Notes: generated by a model from the letters alone, not told the origin. A stretch of 29,913 nucleotides of DNA from a virus (IMGVR_UViG_3300025108_000251:1-29913); one strand, 5' to 3'; shown: positions 9,050 through 16,608, numbered from the stretch's first letter. A program made the numbers and translations.

Positions 9050-9264
9050 TCCATCCACCCCAAAAATTCATCCAACTCTTTTGCGAGGGTGCGCTCGCCT
9101 CTATCCCTTATCCAATCAGCAGTAACCAGTATTTGTCGCTTACAATCCTCAAGTTGCTTACGCAACCGCTTGACTTCTGCGAGTAGTTCTTCTGCTAATT
9201 CCCATAAGTCACGGTGTTGCATACCATTCTCAAGGAGTTCTTCGCACTTGTTTGTGTCAATCAT
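9046..9264 (-). CDS. Small protein with LLAEVKRLR coiled motif (paralog 2)
   Basis: MIDTNKCEE...LLAEVKRLRK; shares a 19-nt exact repeat with its neighbour. Confidence 0.7.
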   Translation of the reverse strand: MIDTNKCEELLENGMQHRDLWELAEELLAEVKRLRKQLEDCKRQILVTADWIRDRGERTLAKELDEFLGWME

Positions 9265-9449
9265 AGCCAACCCTCCTGCGCTTTAGGAGTCTCTTTCTTA
9301 GCAGGGAAACACTTGGGGCATTTGTCCAAGGCCATAGCCTGTTTGTCCGTCATGTTCGGGTGATTACCCATGAGTGTCCCGCACTTGTAAGTGGGGTTCT
9401 TGAAGTCATATCGTCGACTCCCTATGTGGAGCATCGTTTTCTCGGCCAT
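9261..9449 (-). CDS. Small Zn-binding protein (H...C...CxxC) ending in GWL
   Basis: ATG 9449 lies 30 nt below a class A TATA box; LHIG...YKC...GNHP...CPKC. Confidence 0.7.
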   Translation of the reverse strand: MAEKTMLHIGSRRYDFKNPTYKCGTLMGNHPNMTDKQAMALDKCPKCFPAKKETPKAQEGWL

Positions 9450-9467
9450 GAAACGAATTAACGCTGA

Positions 9468-9482
9468 TGTTCCTATAAACCC
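9468..9482 (-). promoter_or_regulatory. Class A TATA promoter variant (GGGTTTATAGGAACA)
   Basis: TTT at 9479 is 30 nt upstream of the ATG at 9449. Confidence 0.72.
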
Positions 9483-9883
9483 CTTCTTTGACAGACGAGG
9501 CAGTCCGACCATCTTTCCTTTATGATGCGTCTTTGTCTACATGAGGGGCATAGGGAAGAGAGTCCTTGTTCGATAGTCGACATCGTGCTGAACGGTCTTG
9601 AGTAAAGCAAATCTTCCTCCTCTTCGATTATTTCTCGGTTGATGGAATAAACAGCCTGCTTGGTCTTGACACCCGTCCCTGTGTCGACCATCTCGTAGCC
9701 TTCCTGTACGATTTGCAGGTTTTTAGCAAGCATAGCCGTCAGCGAAGACTCGTTCGGGAGTGTGCGGAACTCGCCGCTTGCGAGTAACTTTCCGAAGACC
9801 TCTACTCTCGTCATTGGTCCGTCGTCGAACAGTATCTTCGCTATCGTTCTGCGAAGTCTCGCATTGTTCTTGGCTGCCATCAT
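9473..9883 (-). CDS. Winged-helix plus C-terminal Zn-ribbon protein
   Basis: IAKILFDDGPMTRVEV...SLTAMLAKN...AVYSI, followed by CPSC...CLVC. Confidence 0.65.
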   Translation of the reverse strand: MMAAKNNARLRRTIAKILFDDGPMTRVEVFGKLLASGEFRTLPNESSLTAMLAKNLQIVQEGYEMVDTGTGVKTKQAVYSINREIIEEEEDLLYSRPFSTMSTIEQGLSSLCPSCRQRRIIKERWSDCLVCQRRGL

Positions 9884-9912
9884 GCAGCCCATATCGCAAA
9901 GCCTATATGAGA

Positions 9913-10116
9913 CTATTCATCGTGCATCCCGATATAGGCCAATTCTGCTCCACCAGCCCATGTCCCGTTCGTTTCGTGGAAGGGAGGTGCTTCTTTGCGA
10001 TTGACACCGAATATCATCCAAAGAAAGAATGAACCCCAATGTCTCTTGAAGGGGAAGAGTGTGAATATCCAAAGCCAAAGGCAACAACCTTCTGCGAACG
10101 ATACATCTAAAGCCAA
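9913..10116 (-). CDS. Possible small hydrophobic protein (frame uncertain)
   Basis: Fills the gap and has a Trp/Phe-rich hydrophobic stretch; a competing ORF (9917-10186) exists. Confidence 0.3.
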   Translation of the reverse strand: MALDVSFAEGCCLWLWIFTLFPFKRHWGSFFLWMIFGVNRKEAPPFHETNGTWAGGAELAYIGMHDE

Positions 10117-10769
10117 TCAACCACGCCCTGCATTTTCTTTTTGGCTTTCTTGGGTAGCGTGTCCTTAGCCTGCACTCGCAAATCATTCCCCACCTTCGGG
10201 TCGTGAGTCGCTATGATGTCTGCGTACAAGTCCGACTCTCGGAAGCCATTCGGTAATGTCTCGTCCTGCGATTTCTTTTTCGGGTATGTGGTGCGAAGCA
10301 CAGGCGTAGTACCGAAACAGATAGCGGCCATTTGGTAATACTCCGGCGTCCAAGTGAAACCTTTAGCAAGAAGTCGCCAAAGGTCGATATTCCTATCGTT
10401 CTCACGAAGGAATGCGAGCATGAGTGGGATGGGTACGCCTCTCGCCATAGCCCATGTCCGGTTGCGGTCCTTCCATCGAAGGACTGATTGAATCTTAGGC
10501 ATGAAGTCATTCTTCTTGCGATTCATTGTCTTGTCGAAGATAACGGATTCGTGGTCCTTCAAGTCCGGAGCCTGCTCGCAGACGAACACCATGCGATATG
10601 ACACATAGGGAAGCCATGCGAGGCAATCCTCTTTCTTGGGTCTCTTCTCATGTACGATGAGCGTTAGGTCTTCACAGGAAGGAGAGCAAAGAACCTCTTT
10701 GCCCTCGACATACTCCCCTTCACGGTACGGGGTAGCATCACGCGTAAAAATGAGAATTCCCATCTTCAT
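10107..10769 (-). CDS. Probable degenerate RFC large subunit (clamp-loader A subunit)
   Basis: PIPLMLAFLREN and IDLWRLLA resemble archaeal RFC-L collar motifs; Lys-rich tail ends in PIP-like MQGVVDWL; no Walker A. ATG 10769 has a GGAG SD. Confidence 0.5.
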   Translation of the reverse strand: MKMGILIFTRDATPYREGEYVEGKEVLCSPSCEDLTLIVHEKRPKKEDCLAWLPYVSYRMVFVCEQAPDLKDHESVIFDKTMNRKKNDFMPKIQSVLRWKDRNRTWAMARGVPIPLMLAFLRENDRNIDLWRLLAKGFTWTPEYYQMAAICFGTTPVLRTTYPKKKSQDETLPNGFRESDLYADIIATHDPKVGNDLRVQAKDTLPKKAKKKMQGVVDWL

Positions 10770-11007
10770 ACGCTCCTTCGTCCATTCGATGAAATTCCTT
10801 GATACCCTTTGCTGTGCGAGAGAGCAATTGCCCCCTCGACTCCATGATTCGCAGGAAGCGAGACACCGAATAGACATTGATTGACATTGTCCTTTGCGGC
10901 AACTCCTCCATGACGCGTGGGAGTAATTGGTCGGCTGTGAACCAGTCGCTCAAGTCCCAATTTTGGACTGCGGCGGCGACAGCAGGTTGACGGTACTTCT
11001 TGCTCAT
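10738..11007 (-). CDS. Winged-helix DNA-binding protein
   Basis: WFTADQLL...SVSRFLRIMESRGQLLSR...KEF pattern. Confidence 0.65.
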   Translation of the reverse strand: MSKKYRQPAVAAAVQNWDLSDWFTADQLLPRVMEELPQRTMSINVYSVSRFLRIMESRGQLLSRTAKGIKEFHRMDEGAYEDGNSHFYA

Positions 11008-11171
11008 TCCATCTCCTCCGTTTGAATCTTAATCAAGTGTGCGGTAGTCGGGGCGAGGTAGCCCTGTATGTACGCTAACACAAGCGAGGTGTTGGAGTCC
11101 TCGACGGATATGTTCGCCTCGCTCTCTTCCCCGTCGAGGTGCTTGAAGGTCAATGTGTATTTGACCTTCAT
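11004..11171 (-). CDS. Hypothetical protein (55 aa, not in ORF track)
   Basis: MKVKYTLTFKHLDGEE...IKIQTEEME; ATGA overlaps at both ends. Confidence 0.65.
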   Translation of the reverse strand: MKVKYTLTFKHLDGEESEANISVEDSNTSLVLAYIQGYLAPTTAHLIKIQTEEME

Positions 11172-11299
11172 TCAGTTGACCCCCCATCGTCCCAATTCTT
11201 GTCGGGCATTGAAGCGTGTAGGTCTTCGACCTCACACTGCTTGCAGTGCAAGACGCCCTGCATAGCGGGTCTGTGCTTGAGTGGCTTATTACACTTCAT
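11168..11299 (-). CDS. Small Zn-binding protein (43 aa, not in ORF track)
   Basis: MKCNKPLKH...HCKQC...; ATGA overlaps at both ends. Confidence 0.65.
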   Translation of the reverse strand: MKCNKPLKHRPAMQGVLHCKQCEVEDLHASMPDKNWDDGGSTE

Positions 11300-11415
11300 G
11301 CTTTCACCCCATCGTGCCTTTCGTACAGGTAGCATTCAGCACAGTGCGGTTCACCGTCCAGCCACCTAATTTCTTCAATATCTTCAATCAGTCCACAGGC
11401 TACGCAATCAATCAT
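11296..11415 (-). CDS. Small Zn-finger protein (39 aa, not in ORF track)
   Basis: MIDCVAC...HCAECY; strong GGAGGAGG SD. Confidence 0.7.
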   Translation of the reverse strand: MIDCVACGLIEDIEEIRWLDGEPHCAECYLYERHDGVKA

Positions 11416-11416
11416 C

Positions 11417-11695
11417 TCATTCCTCCTCCAATATCCCTATAAACGGGTCGTTCATATAAACCCACCGCTCAAATCTTCTCATCTGCCCTGCCGTCAGTGA
11501 CCAGCACTCACGGACATGGCTTTTGAGAATCATGTACCTGCCGGAATACCAACGGACGCCTTGTAGCGTCAAGACTCCGATAAGCCCATCGTCGAGCATC
11601 CTTTTTGCTAAATGAGGGAATTCGGATTCGGGGATTGGTCGAGCAATCAATTGATTGAAATGCGCCTTCCACTTTACCTTCTCTCCGGCCTTCAT
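11417..11695 (-). CDS. Hypothetical protein
   Basis: 92-aa ORF with TAATG coupling and a GGTGG SD. Confidence 0.7.
   Translation of the reverse strand: MKAGEKVKWKAHFNQLIARPIPESEFPHLAKRMLDDGLIGVLTLQGVRWYSGRYMILKSHVRECWSLTAGQMRRFERWVYMNDPFIGILEEE
11434..11463 (-). promoter_or_regulatory. Class A promoter (GGGTTTATATGAAC) with a tandem second TTTATAGGG
   Basis: Exact class A core embedded in the 3' end of the upstream gene, ahead of the run of small ORFs. Confidence 0.6.
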
Positions 11696-11832
11696 TATCG
11701 CACCACCCGCATATAGCCGCAGTAGATAGTCTGCCCATCCCTGTATTTTTTACAGGAGTTATACGAAGCGTGTGCCTCCTTCCCGCAATTCGAGCATCTG
11801 CGTAATTTCTTGTGTAGGTGACTTGCCGACAT
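11695..11832 (-). CDS. Small basic Zn-ribbon protein (45 aa, not in ORF track)
   Basis: MSASHLHKKLRRCSNC...SC...YCGYMRVVR; TAATG overlaps at both ends; GGAGGTG SD. Confidence 0.7.
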   Translation of the reverse strand: MSASHLHKKLRRCSNCGKEAHASYNSCKKYRDGQTIYCGYMRVVR

Positions 11833-12458
11833 TATCGCACCTCCTCCCATACTGCGTCTTGAATGTGAGTAGGTGCTTTGAGAGCCGCTACTTGCAACTC
11901 GATTTGGTTTAGCAACTTAGGCTCCTGTCGCAGAACATCGACGAGGATGCCCATAACGCCTGTCACCTGTTGCTGTGCGAGTAGCAACTGCGAGTCGACA
12001 CCGATTTCTTGCTTGAGAGTACCAATCAACTTTAGCGAAGAGTTGGCCTGTCCAATGAGACGAGTCGCATTTGCGAGCCATTCGCCGTCGATACCCGACC
12101 TACTCTTTTCCTCTTCCCACTCATCGAGCCATCGTGTGATGCGAGAGAATATGTCTTCGGCCATATCTAAGGTCGTAATCGCTTCCTTGCGAGTCTCTTC
12201 AACTGCCTGTGCTTCTTCGGGGTCGTACTGAATGTGTCCGGTCATGTGTTCTTCCACGATGCCGCTATTCCATCCGTTCTTCGCTTCGAGGTAAGCAGGG
12301 GTCATTGTCCCATTGAATATGTTCAACTCCAACTCTTTCCGATGCGAATTCCCACACATAGGGCATTCGGGGGATTTGAGTACCCATTCAAGAACCTCAA
12401 TCGCATGAGGGTCTTGTTCGTACGCAAGTCTTTCTTCAATCAATCGCTTATTCTTCAT
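11832..12458 (-). CDS. Zn/HTH and helical protein, possibly terminase small subunit-like
   Basis: CPMC..HR.ELE...EEHMTGH N-terminal domain followed by amphipathic helices, an architecture seen in viral DNA-binding and TerS-like proteins; function inferred. Confidence 0.4.
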   Translation of the reverse strand: MKNKRLIEERLAYEQDPHAIEVLEWVLKSPECPMCGNSHRKELELNIFNGTMTPAYLEAKNGWNSGIVEEHMTGHIQYDPEEAQAVEETRKEAITTLDMAEDIFSRITRWLDEWEEEKSRSGIDGEWLANATRLIGQANSSLKLIGTLKQEIGVDSQLLLAQQQVTGVMGILVDVLRQEPKLLNQIELQVAALKAPTHIQDAVWEEVR

Positions 12459-12726
12459 CTTCGCTCACCGTCCATTGTAGAACTCTGTAATGTTGGCCTG
12501 TTAGGGACTTCATGCTTTTCGCAGGGTAGTATGCGTCAAAGCGATTGTCTCGCTTGAGGAGTTCCGTGACTTGTCGCACTCCGGATGGAGTTCGCGTCTT
12601 GTTCATTTTAACGATTGTCAATAGAGCCTCGGCAGACAGACCATCGGGCCTATGCGAAAGTTCGGCCAATGCCGCATCTTTCCATCCCATGAATCTCCCT
12701 TTGCCCCAATACTTTTTCTTTGTCAT
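12448..12726 (-). CDS. Small winged-helix protein (HARE-HTH-like paralog)
   Basis: WKDAALAEL...LSAEALL...LLKRDNRF. Confidence 0.6.
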   Translation of the reverse strand: MTKKKYWGKGRFMGWKDAALAELSHRPDGLSAEALLTIVKMNKTRTPSGVRQVTELLKRDNRFDAYYPAKSMKSLTGQHYRVLQWTVSEDEE

Positions 12727-12974
12727 TCTTCATCTCTCCTTCGGATGCTGACAGTGGATTTGCCGCCCCTCGTCTTCACTACGAATCGCTTGTCATTCTT
12801 AAGCCTGTTGTGCATCCCCTTTGGGGGTGGAGGGTTTCTAAACGGCCTACCGTTCTTCTTCTGCCGAATCAAACGGGGTAGGTCGGTCGAGGAGACTTCC
12901 TCGCCTTCCTTCTCTTGCAGGTAATCAGCCGCTCGGTCCATGAACGCCTTATACTTGCGGTGGTTACTCGCCAT
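12723..12974 (-). CDS. Small winged-helix protein (HARE-HTH-like paralog)
   Basis: Start trimmed to ATG 12974; FMDRAADYL...VSSTDL...RLKNDKRF. Confidence 0.6.
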   Translation of the reverse strand: MASNHRKYKAFMDRAADYLQEKEGEEVSSTDLPRLIRQKKNGRPFRNPPPPKGMHNRLKNDKRFVVKTRGGKSTVSIRRRDEE

Positions 12975-13239
12975 GTCCGTCACCCCACTCTCGCAACCCA
13001 TAAACGAATTGATTGCTACGACCAATCTCTTTCTTGTAGAATCTCTTCTTCTTATCCATGCGAAAGATTTGACCAGCACTCCTCGAATTCTTGGGGAGGA
13101 GTGTGTGTAGGATTCTATCTCTACTTCGCAAATACACCTCTTTACCGGAAAGAGGTTCGTCGGCTTCTTTCAAAATCAAATAGGCTTCGTCAAGCCAACG
13201 CTGTTTCCTTGAGCGGATTCCCCGATGAGCGTAGGTCAT
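12964..13239 (-). CDS. Small winged-helix protein (HARE-HTH-like paralog)
   Basis: WLDEAYLILKEADEPLSGKEVY...KKRF...YGLREW. Confidence 0.65.
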   Translation of the reverse strand: MTYAHRGIRSRKQRWLDEAYLILKEADEPLSGKEVYLRSRDRILHTLLPKNSRSAGQIFRMDKKKRFYKKEIGRSNQFVYGLREWGDGHGE

Positions 13240-14555
13240 TTGCCTTCACCCCACTTGAGGTTGTCTTCGGGCATACCGAAGCGACACACGACTCCACGAC
13301 GGCCTCTACCCTCCTTACGGGGCGAGAACTCCGTGAACCACGCCTGTTGCTTGAGGTTGTCCTCAATCCAACGCTTCGACGCTTGATAATCGTTGTTCGT
13401 GATGAGTCTCGCTATGTCCTTAACGAGGCTACTGCGAGGCACATCTTTGTCCCAAAAGGTACTCTTGATGAGGTGGACATCTTCGTCCATGACATTCCTA
13501 CGCATTCGCAGGGAAGATTCAAGCAGTTCCTCCAAGTCCGGACCCATCTTGATTTCAAGTATGCCGCCCTTCCATTCCCCGACCATCATGTTGTAGCCAA
13601 TAGCAAGTCTGCGAAACAAATCGCTCTCAAAGGAACGAACCGATTCTTTCATCACCCACTTCTCAAAGGCTTCATCGAAGACCACGCCTTCGGGTGGATT
13701 GAGAACGACTTCCATTTGCCGGTTGATGAACCATTCTCGCAAGTCCATGATTTCACCTGCAAGATACGCTCGCTCCTCTCTCGACATGGATGCTTGCAAA
13801 TTCTGTGCTTGCTTGTATTGCGCCTCCTTTTCTGCATCCATGAGGATGTCGATAATGAAGAATCGACGGTCGAGACCGGACTCCAAGTCCATGCGACCAT
13901 GTTGCGTACCGCCCCATACAGTGTAGCGAGTGTTGTATCGCACCCAACCATCCCTCATGCCTTTGGCGACTCTCCCGCTATCGAGGGAAGTGAGCATTTG
14001 ATTCTTCATGTCAATTGAGTGGTCTTTGCGATTGGCGTCACTCACCGATGAGAATTCCTCGAAGGTGAGGAATCCGCCGCACAAGTCTCTTGCGAGTGGA
14101 CGACCCACGATGTTCCCGTCTTCGTTGACGGAACCGAACATACCTGCTTCCGTGACCGAGTTAGGTCCGTTCATAGTGCGAAAGCCCACTCCTTCAAAAC
14201 CGTCCGGATTCCAAAGAAGGCCGGTGTGTTCAGCGCAGAAGAGGTCGAGCAATACATTCTTTCCGGAACCCTTAGCACCACGCATCAAGATGTGAATGCG
14301 TGTGTCTGCGATACGGGATGAAGGCGTATAGATTGGGTAGTTGTCGTGCCGTAGGGGGCAGTCTTCAATGACGAATCTCCTTGAGTCTTCTCCGTCACCT
14401 TCGCGAGGTGCGAAATCGCACATACTACACTTGTTGACCGTGTTGAAGATGTGTGCGCCGATACTGCACAGAAAGATGGGAACTTTGTCGTCTACATCTA
14501 TGATGTGGTTCCTTTTGCAGAAGTCCAGCATTCTGTCGAATATGTTGGTTCTCAT
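13236..14555 (-). CDS. Compact MCM-like AAA+ helicase
   Basis: HILMRGAKGSGKN (Walker A), SVTEAGMFGSV, GGFLTFEEFS (Walker B) and GLDRRF (Arg finger) in MCM order; 439 aa. Confidence 0.7.
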   Translation of the reverse strand: MRTNIFDRMLDFCKRNHIIDVDDKVPIFLCSIGAHIFNTVNKCSMCDFAPREGDGEDSRRFVIEDCPLRHDNYPIYTPSSRIADTRIHILMRGAKGSGKNVLLDLFCAEHTGLLWNPDGFEGVGFRTMNGPNSVTEAGMFGSVNEDGNIVGRPLARDLCGGFLTFEEFSSVSDANRKDHSIDMKNQMLTSLDSGRVAKGMRDGWVRYNTRYTVWGGTQHGRMDLESGLDRRFFIIDILMDAEKEAQYKQAQNLQASMSREERAYLAGEIMDLREWFINRQMEVVLNPPEGVVFDEAFEKWVMKESVRSFESDLFRRLAIGYNMMVGEWKGGILEIKMGPDLEELLESSLRMRRNVMDEDVHLIKSTFWDKDVPRSSLVKDIARLITNNDYQASKRWIEDNLKQQAWFTEFSPRKEGRGRRGVVCRFGMPEDNLKWGEGK

Positions 14556-15382
14556 TGGAACATACCACCCATGCTTCCCTTCTTCTCCTCGACCTTCATG
14601 CGAGCAATCACCTCATTCGCGTGTTTAGCGGCCTTGCTTGCTTCCTTGGAAGCATCATTGTAAATCTTCTTTGAGCGGGTCAAAGCACCCTTGGTGGCGA
14701 AACCCCACCTCTTCAATATCGCAATGCTTTCTCGGATGTTCGAGTCTTTGTAAGCAAGTGGCTCCGGTCTCGGACCATGTGGGGGAATGACAAATACATA
14801 CGCTTCGCAATCGCTCTCGACGCCATACATGAAAGCAGGCAACCATCCCCAAAGAGGTTGGAGGCTCGATAGCGTATGCTCCTCTCCAATTTCACTTGAC
14901 GAGATTAGCACAGGTACTTCGTGTGCGCTTCCCAACATATCGTCAAACGCACCGGAGGTTAGCACGAAGAACTGTTGAGGTCCGAGTTCGAGAATCATTT
15001 TAGCAACATCCCTTGCAGGAGGATAGTTGAACAGCCAAGCATTCTTCTGTTGCGAAATATCCTTGCTAATATGTGCAGGTGTGAGTACCTCCACAATAAG
15101 TGTTCTACCATGACGATAGATAGGCCAGCCTGTGAATCCTACATCGAGGAAGGTGTGTGGGCTTGAATGGATATGCTTGCTCGTCATGTAGCCAATCGGC
15201 TCTTTGTCTGCTACCAATGATGCTCCGACGACGGCAGGGATATGGTCTGCGCCTACTGCGTCGTATAGTATAGCGTGTGTGATGCCTTCCGGTTCTCCGT
15301 CGAACCAAATGAAGTCGGTCTCGTTGATGGTTTTTACTTCGCCCATGACCTTACCATAGGTAGATGTCCTTATCAACCCCAT
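14552..15382 (-). CDS. PAC2 (proteasome assembly chaperone)-like protein
   Basis: DAVGADHIPAVVGASLV...IGYMTS N-terminal pattern, alpha/beta core, long C-terminal helix and HbYX-like tail GMFQ. Confidence 0.55.
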   Translation of the reverse strand: MGLIRTSTYGKVMGEVKTINETDFIWFDGEPEGITHAILYDAVGADHIPAVVGASLVADKEPIGYMTSKHIHSSPHTFLDVGFTGWPIYRHGRTLIVEVLTPAHISKDISQQKNAWLFNYPPARDVAKMILELGPQQFFVLTSGAFDDMLGSAHEVPVLISSSEIGEEHTLSSLQPLWGWLPAFMYGVESDCEAYVFVIPPHGPRPEPLAYKDSNIRESIAILKRWGFATKGALTRSKKIYNDASKEASKAAKHANEVIARMKVEEKKGSMGGMFQ

Positions 15383-15488
15383 TGTTTCAAGCCTCCGGAA
15401 ATAATTGGGAAGGAATAAAACGATGGCTTGCGCCGCATCGACCGTTATTCTGTAATCTTTCCTTAGATGGATTAAATCTTTTACTACT

Positions 15489-15508
15489 ATACTCTCTAAG
15501 GAGAGTAT
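15489..15508. other. Hairpin in the AT-rich intergenic boundary (15383-15556)
   Basis: atactctc-taag-gagagtat, in the only long intergenic gap left of 26 kb. Confidence 0.6.
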
Positions 15509-15556
15509 GGGATTTTAAATTACAGACTCTTAGGAAGTTGGAGAGAATAAACAGAA

Positions 15557-16360
15557 TCATAGAGCAGTCCCCCGTTTATTTTCTTTTGAATTATGTTTGA
15601 GCCTTGAAAATAATTCACTTTCAAGGCGGTCCCTCTCTAAATCGTACATGGATGCGCTGTGCATTTTCAAGCCGCTTGTGTTCACGACATATTCATGCTC
15701 TTGCACATGGTACGCTATGTGTTGAGAGGCCTCGGCAAGTGCCGTGAGGTCGTCAAAGTGTGCGGCGTTGATGTAGCGATAGTTGGGGCCATCCGGTACG
15801 CTAACGAAGGCGCATAGGAATCCGTCTCTCCGCTCAAATACATACTGCGGGTCTGCGTCATGTATGCGAGTAGGAACCCACACTATGCCTATGGTCCGTC
15901 CGGAGAACGCGGGAGTGTATGTCGGGTAGTCGGGCAGACCCGTTTCTGCGTTTCGCACCGAATCGGAGCAGTACGCATCCAAGGTCTTGTCCGAGTTGGG
16001 AACTGCGAATTGTTCGTACTTCGTATCGAAGCAAAGCATAATATCGTGGGTATAAGACCCATCCTTCGCATCGAGAATATGTCGCAACTCGTCTTCAAAC
16101 ATCACGCCCTCTATGTTCCCCTTCATGCAGTGATTGAGCATGGTGCGAGGAACTTTACCCAACAGGACTTCTAAGAACTGCCACATCTTGTGGTAGCCGT
16201 CGATGACGATAACGAAGTCTTGCGATTTGAGGTGCAGGAAGGGACGGAATAGCCGCCCTTGCTTGCCGGAACGCCTCCAAGCAGTGAAGTCTGCGACTTC
16301 CAACTCGGAGGTCTTAGCGTACACATAGCGGTCAGCATAAACGAAAGCCATGCGACTCAC
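15557..16360 (-). CDS. Hypothetical protein
   Basis: 267-aa ORF with GTGA coupling. Confidence 0.75.
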   Translation of the reverse strand: MSRMAFVYADRYVYAKTSELEVADFTAWRRSGKQGRLFRPFLHLKSQDFVIVIDGYHKMWQFLEVLLGKVPRTMLNHCMKGNIEGVMFEDELRHILDAKDGSYTHDIMLCFDTKYEQFAVPNSDKTLDAYCSDSVRNAETGLPDYPTYTPAFSGRTIGIVWVPTRIHDADPQYVFERRDGFLCAFVSVPDGPNYRYINAAHFDDLTALAEASQHIAYHVQEHEYVVNTSGLKMHSASMYDLERDRLESELFSRLKHNSKENKRGTAL

Positions 16361-16608
16361 TCTTCCTTGAACATTCGGTCAGTGGTTCGCAGTCTCGTAT
16401 CTGCTACAAGACTACGCCATTGCTTGATAGACACTCCGCACTTCTTGGGTGTGCCTCCGTGTAGGATGCAAGCGTTTCCCTTAGCGTTGACGAACTTCTC
16501 CGCCAAGGAGCATCTCTCACAGACGAAAGGCTTGCCGTCGTAGCGAGCGGGGTCAGTCTTTGTCGTGAAGGTAGACTCACAGACCTTGCACTTGCCGCTA
16601 CTCTTCAT
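16357..16608 (-). CDS. Cys-rich Zn-finger protein
   Basis: CKVC...CERC...C..H....C. Confidence 0.7.
   Translation of the reverse strand: MKSSGKCKVCESTFTTKTDPARYDGKPFVCERCSLAEKFVNAKGNACILHGGTPKKCGVSIKQWRSLVADTRLRTTDRMFKEE

Noticed and set aside
12915-14018. 367-aa plus-strand ORF
   Set aside because: Antisense shadow of the MCM-like and wHTH genes; no motif or SD; all credible genes are on the minus strand.
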